Source: Heteronotia binoei (taxonomy: Eukaryota). Taken from it: a stretch of DNA of 64,000 bases. Below are positions 35,278 through 48,270 of this stretch, piece by piece. Every line of letters starts with the position of its first letter. Position 1 is the stretch's first letter. The DNA is taken from NCBI RefSeq assembly GCF_032191835.1, contig NC_083223.1, positions 63,612,001 to 63,676,000 of the forward strand, read 5' to 3'. Made by a program: the position numbers and the translations under genes. The notes below the pieces were generated by a model, which did not search any database, was not told the origin of the DNA, and worked only from the letters and a program-made list of their open reading frames with translations.

Positions 35278-35870
35278 CCCCCACACCATACAACTTTCTA
35301 AAGTCACTAGAAAAGTCAGAATCTGTTCCAAACAAGGTATCATCACATCCTCAGAAAAGCCTGTTTAGCCAATTTTGTTGTAGTCAGCAGGTCCATAACA
35401 GAAGAAGGAATGCATGCTGGAGGAGCCTACACCAATACCAAAGGATATTTAAATATTCCTGCCCCCATGTGGAGGCTACCAAAATAGATGTCATACAGAG
35501 GATATCACACTTGCACCTTACTGCTGCAATCAGACAGGGTATGTTACCTGGGGAGATTAAACAACTGCACTGTATATTCATAGCATATTCTTTTGGCACT
35601 GAATCTCTCCAAGCAACCAATCCAATGCACGCATTTAACAAGCTACAAAAATTATAGTTCCTTATGGAACAACAGACATATACTTTTTGAGCGGTGTCCT
35701 CCAAATGGAGGGGGAACCTAAGGATTGCATTTTGGGGAAGACCATAACTGTACTCAAATTCCCACAGATACAGTTTGTTAAAAAAAAAAAAAAGCACCCA
35801 AAAAAGATAGCTCCAGAACACTACATGTAATTTTGAAGGAAATACAGTAGTCCAGAGCATTAGACTCTTA

Positions 35871-36139
35871 GTGATTTTGGTGTAGTGGTTAAGTGCGTGA
35901 ACTCTTATCTGGGAGAACCAGGTTTGATTCCCCACTCCTCCACTTGCACCTGCTAGAATGGCCTTGGGTTAGCCATAGCTCTGGCAGAGGTTGTCCTTGA
36001 AAGGACAGCTGCTGTGAGAGCCCTCTCTGCCCCATCCACTTCACAGGGTGTCTGTTGTGGGGGGAGAAGATATAGGAGATTGTAGGCCTCTCTGATTCAG
36101 AGAGAAGGGTGGGGTATAAATCTGCAATTCTTCTTCTTC
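35871..36139 (+). mobile_element. tRNA-derived SINE with L2-like tail (Squam3-like, long form)
   Basis: A-box tggtgtagtgg, B-box ggtttgattcc, tail ttcttcttcttc. Confidence 0.9.
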
Positions 36140-36287
36140 AGTTATCCAGAAGGAAATAACACACAACTTTCAAAGTCTTTTAAAAACTCAGAAGAAAAAT
36201 AATTAAGCGGCCTGCATTTTTTCCTTTGATGTTGATGAAAACAAACAAAACTTTAATATAATCTTGCTTGCTGTGGGAGAAGTATAG

Positions 36288-36409
36288 ATGACTGGGGAAG
36301 GCAACGGCAAACCACCCTGTAAAAAGTCTGCTGTGGAAACGTTGTGAAAGCAACATCACCCCAGAGTCGGAAATTCCTGATGCTTGCACAGGTAATTACC
36401 TTTTTACCA
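36288..36409 (+). mobile_element. Sauria SINE 3' fragment
   Basis: gactggggaaggcaacggcaaaccacc (BovB-type tail) and acctttt end; homologous to 53440-53560. Confidence 0.8.
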
Positions 36410-36487
36410 ACATAGCACCCTAACAGTAAATTTATTAGAGCCTATAAGCAACAGCTGGATTTCATGTATGCCAATAATGCTACTTAC

Positions 36488-36573
36488 CTCTGTAATAAGC
36501 TTTGGTAATTGCATCAAATTCTTCTTGACCTGCTGTGTCCCACAGCATTAATCGGACATCTTCATCACGGACT
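36488..36573 (-). CDS. RAB23: RAB23 exon 3
   Basis: [28 protein letters not shown] (G3 DTAGQ); 86 nt. Confidence 0.98.
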
Positions 36574-36987
36574 CTAAAATCAACACCACACAGTATCTCA
36601 ACAACCTGAAATAGTTACATGCACTATAAAAACAACTGCTTGTTTAAAATATCTGAAAAATTATGCTAAAAGCATTGTTTGGTCTTGTCACAATGTTCAT
36701 ATCCACTAGAGAACATGTTTTTAGTCATTTGAAAAATTTCCCTTCTTTTCCTATCTTGATACTTCTGAAAGTTATTTTATAAAAAAGCCATAATTTTTGC
36801 ATGTGTTATTCAGCTTGGTAAATCATGTGCCAAGACTACACAATACAATTAGCATATAAATGCCTCATTTATTAGCTCTATGGAGAATACTGTCACAGCA
36901 CTTTTCCTTGGGAGAACATTAATTCAGCACTTACAAAAGCATTAATCAAAAAAGAAACAAGACATTGTGCTCCTGTTAAAAACATAC

Positions 36988-37142
36988 TGAATTTGTCGTT
37001 CCAGGAAATCAACTCCAATAGTTTTCTTGTAGTCTTTTGTAAAAATCCCTTTGCAATATCTCTGGATCATACTGGACTTCCCAACAGCTCCATTTCCCAC
37101 GACCACCACCTTGATGGCCACTTCCATATCTTCTTCCAACAT
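36988..37142 (-). CDS. RAB23: RAB23 exon 2 coding part (exon spans 37207-36988 including 65 nt of 5'UTR)
   Basis: MLEEDMEVAIKVVVVGNGAVGKSSMIQRYCKGIFTKDYKKTIGVDFLERQI (P-loop); total CDS 714 nt = 237 aa. Confidence 0.98.
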
Positions 37143-38749
37143 CTTAGCTGGTGACAAAAGGCCACAATTATTTCACAACCTTATTGTAGATCTTCAAAGA
37201 CTGGTAACTGAAAGACAAAACAAACAAATGATGGCTTTGTGATCAAGGCAAAGAACAACGAAATTTGATTTCAGTTTCTAATTCTGCCACAAACTTCCCA
37301 TGTGACATCTGAGACTCCACACCAAGAATGTATTTTTGTATCTTCATCTGAGCCTTAAGATTCTTGAGCTGAATACAGTATGCCCCTGTATTGGTTCTAG
37401 AATGTACACTATTTATTTGATGTATATTTTCAGCCATAAGGTCTCCAAAGCAGCTTAGAAATCTAAAACATATTAACATCTCCTCCTCCCTCCCATCCAA
37501 TATCTAAACCACCACTGGTGGACACAAAAATACATTCTTCATAGACACTGTATACACTTCAGCACCTTTCTCCTAGGAATAGAAATCTTGTAAAGTCATG
37601 GGAGCCAAGCAGGAAGAAGAGAGGTGCTGCTCTTACTCTCATGTAATCCCACAATATTTGATAGAATTTTACTATTCCCCTTGGCTAGAAAGGTTACAAA
37701 GCCGCTTGCAATATGGCTACTGTGCCAAAACAAGTATGAAAAACCCAGCTGTGTATAAAAATTCCTTGAACGACAATATTGTAGTGCAATGTGGTTCCAG
37801 ATTTGACATTAAAAATAATTTTGTTTGTTTTGTGATGCCTATATGCCGTATGGGAATCATCATGCCATCAGAATGCAAACAGCAACAATCATACCAAGAA
37901 CAAATTGGGGTCCCACAAGAAATCCCAACAGCTAAGCTTTGGGGCTAGATGAGCAGCTTCCCATTCGGTCTGGGCAACTGTGCCATAATGCTAAACAGTC
38001 TAGGAAGTATTGTCTCCTCTTGCTGCTATTCCCTATCCTGGGGTGGGTGGAAAAAGAGAATCTGGACTGGGGAAATGAATGCTTCATGGCATGCTTCCTC
38101 GATCTTAGCTTCACACTTCCCCCATTACAGGGCACTCTTTAACCTTTTAAGAGCTCTGCCATCTTTGCAGTTTAAAAAGGGACATGCCATTAATTAAGAA
38201 ATGTTTCTCTCCCATCCTTATTTGTCTCTCTACCTGGACTCTTTTAGCTTTATATTAGACACAGCCTTCAGGAACTTACAGTATCCTAGCTTGTGTTGAG
38301 GGGAGAGAAGACAACCTTGGCTGGGGAATACCTACATCAGTGCACCCTACCCCCCCCCCCAAACACTTACCATCTAAAATGCTATATGCCTATTTCCCCC
38401 TGAATGGCTTTTCTCTTTCTTTTAAATGTGATTGCCTTCAATGTTCTGTGATTCCTGGAGAGCAATGAGCACAGCCAGACTCTGCAGCATTATTCTTCAG
38501 GTTTTTCCTCAACAAATTACAGATTAAAAGTCTGAACTTGCCTTCCCATTCCAAATCCAATCCATTTAGTGCTGCTTTGTCCATTGTCATTAACATGAGA
38601 ACCCAAGAACACAACCAGGTAGAACAAACCAGGAAGTTTGGTTTTAAATACACTGCACTATAACTATCACCAAATATTTTGCCACCTCTGCAGTAACTTG
38701 CTATTCTACATCCTTTAAAGAACTAGGAAATTTTCTCATGTGGGGAATC

Positions 38750-39150
38750 AGAACTAGCTCCAAGTAACAGGAGAGCTAGCTTCAATCAAGTCTGAAAATA
38801 CGGGACAATCTAAAACTATATGGTCAATAGCTTCTATTCTGTCTGAACCACAGGATGAGAAAATGGTATACCTTGGTACCTTTCCCATTAAAATGACAGA
38901 TGGTAACATATTCAGCCTTGCTAACAAATGCCCTTCTACCTGGATATTGTAGAAGAGAATGCCTTGCCATTTTAATGGGAAGGGGAATGCCACTGCTGAA
39001 AATAGAACACTCTACAAACCCTAACAGTCTTTCTACTATAATCTGCATACCATAATCTGCATCCAGATTATCTAGTTGCTCAATTCTTGTTTCCCCAAAG
39101 CAATATCTCCCCAAGTCTGCAGAAACCTTTACCTTGTCTATGAGTTACCA
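38750..39150 (-). mobile_element. Decayed non-LTR retrotransposon ORF2 3' fragment, clade uncertain
   Basis: Minus-strand remnants LARLNMLPS..., CGSDRIEAIDHIVLDCP resemble a C-terminal CCHC knuckle. Confidence 0.5.
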
Positions 39151-41349
39151 CATTTCTCTGCTCTACTGATACTCACAGGGACACAAAATTCACTAATTAA
39201 GAGGAATGATTATGATGACACCTATATATACCGCCTTTGTGTACTGGGTTTCTTCTACTAAATACCACCACATCGCAATTATACATAACTGAAATATCCA
39301 ATTCCCACACCCTAGATTCAACTGAAAATCTGTACAATCCTAAAATCAGAATTATACCCACCTAAATTCATTGAAGTCAATGGGTTTATAAGTAGCAATC
39401 TGTTTTAGGACTGCAGTGTACATTTCCAACTCAATCTGGCCTAGCATTGTTAGAATATTAATTATGTCTATAGAGCTTAAGATAGAGGTGTGGCTATCCT
39501 CCATCCAGTAGCAAAAATACATCTTGAACCCCTATGGGAGAGTCAGGGTCCATTACACCAATGTCAAGAATTTTTGTAGCTCATTGCTCACCAGAAGTAG
39601 GCACAATCAGCACTCAAATTTCAATTATGAACAGCTTTAAAAAAATAGAAGTTAAGACTTTTTGAAGCAATAGCTGAAAAAAAGACTGCAGCAAAAGTTT
39701 TGTTTTCTAACTTGTGCTACATATGCTTGGTTTTTTTTGCAACTGTACTATACAACATTATTTGAAAACACAGGACTATCTGAAACCCAGATTTAAAAGT
39801 AAAAGCTATTGCCATCTACTGTTGCAATTTAAAGTCTCTACAGTAATACATAGTTTATGGTTGCACATTATCTCATTCCAGTAATCTACATGCTATCTAT
39901 TGCTGTCATTTTTCTAGGCACGCACACTCCTATTTGTCAAAAACCCAAAGATACACCCAGATGTCAGTGCAGCTCCTCTCCTCTCCCCTCTCAAAGGATT
40001 TGACCTCATTCCATTCAGTACAATCTGTTGACTCTTTTCCTTCCCCACCCTGTTCTTTCCTTCCAATATCAATTTAATCCCATAAATCCACACTGTGTCC
40101 CTCCCACGCATCCCCTCAAAAAAAAAATCAGCTCCTTCCTACTTCACATATTTTAGCTGTTTTAAGAAACAGGCTCCTATGCCACTATTGATGGACTTAA
40201 GGTAGTGGTTCTTCAGAGTTAGACATAGTCAGGCTCTTCAGGTGAATAAAAACCATTAAAGTCACAACGATCAGGGCAAGTAATGGCAAAAGTTATGTAG
40301 CCCCACTGTGGAGACCAACAGAAAAGGTACACCCCACAGACTTGCAACATGCCCTACACCTTTGTGCTCAGTGCCTACTGCCTACAGAAATGTGCAGGGT
40401 TGGCTTGGTGATATTCTGTGCAGCATGCAGGATGAGCACAATAAATTGTGCTACACATTACAGCCATTGCATAAAAAAGCTATCCTGTGGAGGATGTAGA
40501 ATAGAGACATGCACTACCTTCCCAGCCTCAGGACCTTCCCTACAATAAGATTCTGCAAGTGTGTGCAATGATGATCCAGCTGCTGAGTTGCTAAACCAAA
40601 CAAACTATAACAGATAACAACTACGTACTTGTTGGCAGCACTTCCTGGATACCTTCCCCGCAATGTTATCCACCAACTACATTTACATTATTAAGAGACA
40701 CTGCTGTGTTACCATATATAAATACAACAGATGGACAGTTAGAATCAGATATCATTTTGTACCTGCCAATCCATCCACAAGTTACCTAACCTGAGAGCAA
40801 CCTTTCCCCATTAATTTGCCATTAGCCAATCACATACAAACCATCTCCTTCCAGGTAAGCACCCTATCAAGCCACAGGTACCCACAGCCAAGCAAGTTAA
40901 GTACAGATCCTTCAGCATATCTGAAGGGCTTCCTCAGCCATAGAACATTCAGTCTTCCTTACCAAACTTACCAGAGACACCCCCCCCCCACCCAAATACA
41001 ACATTTACATCAGGAGCCAAACTGGCAGAGGACTCAGCCACAGCCCTTACGAAAACCATAACGGACCAGTGTTTCTGAGCATACACGGACGACCTTCCAT
41101 CACCAATGGGTAACCACCAAAGTCTGAGACTGAGAAAAGCCACAGCCATCCTAAACAGGTTTTCTCAGATCAGAATCCTACCTAGTAGGGCTTACTCCGA
41201 GGAAACTGTTCTTTGGACGGCACTGTAAATCAAACCTTCCAGGCCTTAGCCCGCGAAGCTCCGTTCTGCCCTTATTACAAATTAAGTTTTTCCAACGGCT
41301 GAAGGGAAACCCCCAGTGTTTCTTGGGAAGAGAAGGGCAGAGAAAACAG

Positions 41350-42200
41350 AGCAACATTTTGCAAAGCTCAGCCCTGAACAGCACAGGCGGCGCCTTCTCC
41401 TCTCCCCAGGGCAGGCGCAGCTCCCCCAGGCAGACACCCCCCTTCTCTCCAGCCACGACGCCCGTCTGCACAGGCCATAACCTCCACACCCCACCAGAGA
41501 CCCTCCCAACCGGCACAGAAGCGGCGCCTCGCAACCGTCCGCAGCCCAGCCCCGGCGGTGGCTCACTAACCAGCCGCGTCCCTTGCCAGGTTATCGGCGG
41601 CGGGCGCGTGAGGAGACCGGCAGCCAGGAGAAGCGGAGCCGGCCCAACCCGGACGCACATCCCGGCTCGCTCCCACCTAGCTCTCGTACATGCACACCCC
41701 CGGAAACACCGTCAGGGCCGCGGTGGGACCCGCTTGGGAAAGCAGCCTTCCCGGGCTAGTCTCCGCTCCGCCTCCCTCAGGGACCGAGACGAGAGAGGAA
41801 GGCGAGGCTGCCTTACCGCCGCCGGCACCACCCGTCTGCAGCTGCTGCTCTCCCTCTGTAGGAGCGGGAGCTGCCTCGCTGGCCGGGGTGGGAGACTGAA
41901 GGAGGCGGAGGCAGGATCGCTGCTGCGAGACGCGGGCAAGAAGCGCCGCATGCGATGAGCAACGCGAGGAGAAGGCACAAAGCCCGGCGAGCTCCTGCTG
42001 GTGCTGAAGCGATTCTCCACCCCGGGCTTAAAGGCAAAGAGCGCCGGGGACGCTGCCAGAGCCCACACGACGCGGGCTCATTCGGAAGGACTCGACTGCT
42101 GACCTGACATCTGGGACAGACTTCCAAGACGGCTAGAGGGGACTGTTTCGTCCTTTGGGCAGCGCATGAGGCGCGCTGGTGCTGACCTTAAAGTCACCCT
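41350..42200 (-). promoter_or_regulatory. RAB23: CpG island / promoter of RAB23
   Basis: Dense CpG region 5' of exon 2 on the minus strand. Confidence 0.85.
41817..41990 (-). other. RAB23: RAB23 noncoding exon 1 (TSS approximate)
   Basis: Donor GCG|GTAAGG at 41817/41816 inside the CpG island; exon 2 has an acceptor upstream of its ATG, so an upstream exon is required. Confidence 0.7.
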
Positions 42201-44450
42201 CTTTCAAACAAAAAGAACATCAAAGGGAGACCAGCGTGAAACTGCTGAGCTGGGATTCAGAGCATAGCTTCATCTCTCCCCATCCCCCACCCCCAACTGG
42301 GGGTTGAGACTTAACCTGCTTCTGGTGCCCCTGCCGCCTGAGGCTAAATTGGGAGGGGAGAGTCGTCTGACTGCCTCTCTATGGTTGCTTTCAGCCAAGA
42401 GGTGAAGCTTTTTGTTTTGTTTTGTCATACTCCCCATACTCCCTCCTTCCTACTTTGTGTGTTTATATCAAAATTATTTTATAAGATTATTTTAAAAAAG
42501 CAAGAAGGACCGTTGGGAAGATGAATACAATATTAATTAATTCAGCAAATAATTAAAGAGGCTTTGGGTGAGTGCCCACCCTTGCAGTCTTCCCACCCAC
42601 CCATTCACTCTCCTCCACCTCAGGAGGAGCTAATATCTGCCGTCTGGAGTGCAGTTGTAATTCTGAGTCATCTCCAGCCCTCACCTGGAGATTGGCAAGA
42701 GTGGTTCCCAAGGAGGAAATGGCTGATTTGGAGGGTGCAGTGTATGGCTGAGATCCCACCCCTCCTCAAACCCCTCCCTCTCCAAGACCCACCCCTTAAA
42801 TCTCCAGGAGTTTCCTAACCTGGAGTTGGCAACCTTATCTCCTTCCCTTTATATGGCCCTCTGACTTCAGCTTTCCATTGCCTCCATCCTCCCTGCAGAC
42901 TCTATCTAGGAAAATGACAGTCTTTCTACACAGTATGCGGAGGACCACAGCAGCTTACAGCATTCTCATTGCCACCCTTTGATCTGCACCCTGTGAGGTA
43001 GGTTAGGCTGAAAGTCTGTGACTGGTCCAAAATCACTCAGTCAGCTTCTACAGCAAGAACCTGGGTCTGGCAGGTCCCCAGAAGCCCTAACTCCTATGCC
43101 CTCCTCAAACTCCACAAAATCTCCAGGAATCTTCCACCAATTTGGAATTGGCAGCCCTAGTCAGGACTGGTCCCAATGAATTCTCTCTCAGAGGTCTTTA
43201 GTGATATCTTTCAGATCAACACTCTCTCTGATAATGTTGGTTTTAAGCACAGGATTTCTGTCTCTCCCTCTCTCTCTGTATCTGTTCTGCTGCTCTGGGA
43301 TGCCATCCCCCACCCCACCCTGGTCTCTGGCTGTTTTCCTTTCAGAGGAGGATAGAGAGGAGCCTTCAGCCAATCAAGGGGAGTTTTTTTCTGGCTCATT
43401 CCCTCCTCCCTCCCCTCAGCCAATTGAGGGAAGGGCTTCTTTTTCTCCCCTGCAAAGCAGTGTGACAAGCAGCTCAGCCAATGGGAGAGTAGGAAGAGCA
43501 AGAAACTGCCAGAATCAGGCTGGTTGCCTTTTACTGACAGCTTTGCTGTCTAGCAACAGCCACTTGGGTGGGAGAGAGGAGTGGACTCAACGCAAGTACT
43601 CTTGATTGATGGTTTGATAGGCCAAAGGTTGATGGAGCACACCCCTAACCAAAGGCAGAGCTCCATTTTGCCAAGATGAAAGGGCTTTTATATCTATAGG
43701 ATGCTGTTTTGATGTTTGTTGCCTTGGGGTGTGATTTGGGTGGGAAGGCAGCTTAGAAATTTTTTAAATCAGGGGTGTCAAACGTGAAGCCTCAGGGCTG
43801 AATCAGACCTCTGGAAAACTCCTATCAGACCCACAAGCAACTCACTGTCATCTACTTCCCCCTCTCTCTCTTGCTTCCTTGTGCATTACAACTTGCTTTG
43901 CCAGGTCTGTTCACTCGCACAGGAGCTACAGAACAATGCCTCTATTTTCTTCATTGGCTGACCAGCACATGAAGCAACTTATGTACAAAAGCTGGCAATG
44001 CCCAGTCATTTCATGTTTTCCTCTGGGTCTTAGGCTCAAAGCACTGACCATGAGATTTTTGTAATGAATGTCAATAAATCAAAAGTAGATTTGCAACTTA
44101 TAGACACACATCTGAACAATACCTGAGTAGCTTACTCAAGATTACTACAGCACAGACATTGTTGTCAAAATCACTTTTATTATTGCAATGTATTGTAATA
44201 ATATTTATATAAAGAAAAACCATCAAAGAAAGCACTAATACAAGAATAATACCAATACATTACTTTTCATCCCTTCCATCCCCCTTTTTCTGACTCCCGC
44301 CGGTGTTTACTTAAATTGCTAAAAATACAAGGTAATAACTCTTAAAAAACCTTATACTCTAATCTCTTAAGCTTTATCAAAAGAAAAAGATACTATTAAT
44401 CCAGTAAAAAACCAAAAGAAAAACCATTTCTTCTTTTCTTGATAACCATT

Positions 44451-47400
44451 CAACTGTTTTCAAACATCATTAAGTGTCTCTTTACTTTCCAATGTTTTTC
44501 AACATGTATTTGAAATTTCTCCCAATCCATCTTAAACTTCTCCAAACCATAGTCCTTTAAGATTCATGTAAGTTTGTCCATTTCACTCCAAGACATAACT
44601 TTTAAAATCCAGTCCCATTTTTCTGGTATTTTATCTTGCTTCCATAGCTGCGCATATAATATCCTTGCAGCTGAAAGTAGATGCCACACAATAGTTCTAT
44701 CTGATTTCGAAAAACTTTCCATTTGTAATCCCAACAAAAAATGCGTCTGGAGATTTCTTAACATCATAACCTAAAATCTTTTATATTTCTTTCTAAATTT
44801 GCCAATATTGTCTTGCCTTTTCACATGTCCACCACATGTGGTAAAAAGAACCTTCATGCTTTTTACATTTCCAACATCTGTCTGACATCTGATTACTCAT
44901 TTTTGCCAATTTCTTAGGTGTCATATACCATCTATATAGCATTTTAAAGCAGTTCTCTTTAATGTTATAACATGTAGATATCTTCATAGAGTTCTCCCAC
45001 AAGTGTTCCCATGACTCCATTTCTATTTCTTTGTTTATATTAATTGCCCATTTTATCATTTGAGATTTAACTACTTCAACTTCCGTAGACCATTTCAATA
45101 AGTTTATAAATTCTTGATATCAATTCGTCATTATCACCAAACAGCATTCCTTCCAATTCTGTTTGTTCTTGTCTTATACCTTCATTTTTAATGTCCTGTT
45201 CCAAGCTCTTAATTTGTTACATTTGAAACCAATTATATTTATAGTCCAATTCTTCTACTGATTTTAGTTCAACTTTCTCACCATGCATCTTTAACAATTG
45301 TTTATATGACAATCACTTCACTTCAGAGATATCTGAATATAATTTTATTACTTCCGTTGGCATAATCCAGAGCGGTTTTCTCTCATCCCCATATCTTTTG
45401 TATTTTAACCATGTATTCAACAAGTTTCTTCTTATATAATGATGTGAAAAAACCCATCCATCTTATTTTCCCCATAATACATATAAGCATGCCAACCAAA
45501 AATATTTCTATGACCTTCTAGTATTAGTAGTTTTCTATTTAATAACGTCATCCATTTTTTAATCCACGCCAAGCATACTGCATCGTGGTATAGCTTTAAA
45601 TCAGGCAATTTGAAACCTCCCCTTTCTTTTGCATCAGTAAAAATTTTCATTTTAATTCTTGTTTTTTTTCCAGCCCACACAAATTCTGAGATCTTCCTTT
45701 GCCATTTACTAAATTGTTTGTAATCCTTCACAAATGGAATTGTCTGAAATAAAAACATAATTCTTGGTAGAACATTCATTTTGATTGCAGAAATTCTGCC
45801 CAGTAAAGACAAGTTCAATTTATTCCATTTTAACAAATCTCCATCAATCTTGCACCAAAGCTTCTCGTAGTTGTTTTTATGCAAATCTATATTTTTCATA
45901 GTAATTTCCACACCCAGATACTTTACGTTTGGAACAACTTTACACTCAGCTACACGTCGTAATTCTTCCTGTTGATTCTTTGCCATAGGCAGTGGCTAGG
46001 TGGCTTAGGCTGAGCGGGCTGAAGCTGAATCCGGCGAAGACAGAGGTCCTTTGCTTGGGTCGCTGCGGCCCGGGAAGGGAAATCCCCCTGCCAGCTTTTG
46101 ACGGCGCGCCGTTGATAGCGTCGAGCAGGGTCAAGAGCTTGGGGGTACTATTGGAGCCTTCACTGACGATGGAGGCTCAGATAGCAGCCACTGCCAAGTC
46201 CGCTTTCTTTCATCTTAGGCGGGCGAGGCAGTTGGCCCCCTTCCTGGAGCGCGACGACCTAGCAACAGTGATTCATGCTACGGTCACCTCGAGGCTGGAC
46301 TACTGTAATGCCCTCTACATGGGGATACCCTTGTGCCGGACCCGGAAACTGCAGCTAGTGCAGAACGCCGCTGCCCGGCTGCTATTAGGGCTCCCAAGAT
46401 GGGAGCACATACGGTCGGGGCTCCGGGACCTGCACTGGCTGCCAGTAACATTCCGAGTCCAGTACAAGGTGTTGGTCATTACCTTTAAAGCCCTATATGG
46501 CCTAGGACCTGCCTACCTTAGAGACCGTCTCTCCCCACACGTTCCCCAGAGAGTACTATGGTCGGGTTCACAAAACCTGCTGGTAATCCCCGGGCCAAAA
46601 GAGGCCCGTCTAAAATCCACCAGGGACCGGGCCTTCTCAATAACGGCACCTTACTGGCAAAGTATGCCGGAGGAGGTGCGGGCCCTGAGGGACCTAGGGC
46701 AGTTCCGCGGGGCCTGTAAGACAGCCCTCTTCCGGCAGGCCTATAACATCTAACTGACAATGAGGATACCTTCTGAATGGAATAAAATGCACATACAGAC
46801 CGCTGGTTTTATTTTAATTGTTTTATTAATTATGGTTTAAATTGTATCTGTAAATGCTTTTAAATTGAATCTGTGTAAATTATTATGTTGTAAGCCGGCC
46901 TGAGACACTTCGGTGAGAAGGGTGGGATATAAGTCTAAATATAAATAAATAAATAAATAATTTTTTACATAAAATTTTCGATTTTTTTTTGTTTATATAA
47001 AAACCTGCCAACTCTCCATATTCTTGTATCTTATAAAGCAGCAATGGTATTACACAAATAGGATTTTCATTGATAAACATTATATCATCTGCAAACGCTC
47101 TGTATTTATAAGAAAAACATTTACTCTCTCTTTTTTTTTCATTTGCCAACCCAGGTTTATTTTCCAGGTTTATTTGCTCCTTCAAAAGATTTCTGATGCA
47201 ATCTTTTAAGATTCCATTCTACTTCTTTATTTAGCAGATGTCTTGGCTGGTTCTGTATATTGTAATCTCCTTATAATTTTCTTTTTCCCTGGTCGCTTTC
47301 TAAGTTCGTTTTCCTTGTTAGCAATCTCTTTTTGGATATCCAACATTTGTTTCTCTTTTGCTCTTTTGTCTTTATTATTCAATGTAATTGAAATGCCTCT

Positions 47401-48257
47401 TATTACAGCTTTATATGCATCCCACACTGTTTGAAATTGTATGTCCTCCTTTTCATTTATTTGAAAGAAAGCTTTAGTTTCTTTTTCTAGAGACGCCACT
47501 ATATCTACTTTCTGTAGTAAATCTTCATTTATCCTCCACCTCCTAGTCTTTTTGGTATACTTTGCCGACCACATTATTGGGTTATGATCTGCCCCCACTT
47601 TAGAAAGAATCTCTATTTTTTTTCGTCATTAGTCCAAGAGCTTTTGTAGCCCATAACATATCAATCCTTGAGAAAGAATTATGTCTTGCTGAAAAAAGGT
47701 GTAATCATGCACTTTAGGATTAAATTTCCTCCAAACGTCTTCCAAACTTTCTTGATTCACTAAGTCAAAAAAAGACTTTGGTAATTTCCCTTCTTTGTTT
47801 CTTTTTCCAGATCTGTCTAAAATATTTTTAACTGTTCCATTAAAATCTCCCATCACCATTATTTGTTCATATACCACTTGGTCCAATTGCTGTACAATTT
47901 CTTTAAAGAAAGAGTCCTTTGCTCTGTTTGGGGCATACAATCTTACTAACAATGTCTTTTTGTCATTTAATGACACTTCCACTGCTACATATCTTCCATT
48001 ATCATCTTTAAAAACCAGTTTTGGGTTAAGTTCTTGTTTTATGTAAAAAATCACTTCCTTTTTTTTTCTTTAGCCAATGAAAACAATTCTGTACCCAATT
48101 GCTTGTTCCATAAAAATTTGTAATCCATTTGTTTAATATGCACTTCCTGTAAACAAATTATATTACATTTTTGCTTTTTAATCCAATGAAATGTAGCCTT
48201 TCTTTTTTGTGGTGAATTTAGTCCATTTACATTCTAAGATAATAATTGGTAATCCAT
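44451..48257 (-). pseudogene. L1 ORF2 (APE endonuclease, RT, CCHC), disrupted
   Basis: MDYQLLS*NVNGLNSP, MGDFNG, DHNP, RAFADD, YLG, CWKCKKHEGSFYHMWWTC; stops, frameshifts, an internal deletion and an L2 insertion; 3' end approximate. Confidence 0.92.
45988..46960 (+). mobile_element. L2 LINE 3' fragment nested in L1 ORF2
   Basis: ORF 45992..46753: LKLNPAKTEVL, RLDYCNAL, KLQLVQNAAARLL, LHWLPV; (TAAA)n tail; splits L1 peptide ILCK|MAKNQQEE. Confidence 0.92.
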
Positions 48258-48270
48258 AATGATTCTTCAC

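Noticed and set aside
35384-35935. 183-aa minus-strand ORF in RAB23 intron 3
   Set aside because: Starts inside a SINE head at a non-ATG codon, has no recognisable motif and no convincing splice context
35871-35940. tRNA genes (also at about 19930-19992 and 53256-53345)
   Set aside because: A/B boxes are SINE heads followed by SINE bodies and tails; no cloverleaf or T-run terminator
41323-41958. 211-aa antisense ORF over the RAB23 CpG island
   Set aside because: Long stop-free frames are expected in GC-rich islands; low-complexity and no homology recognised
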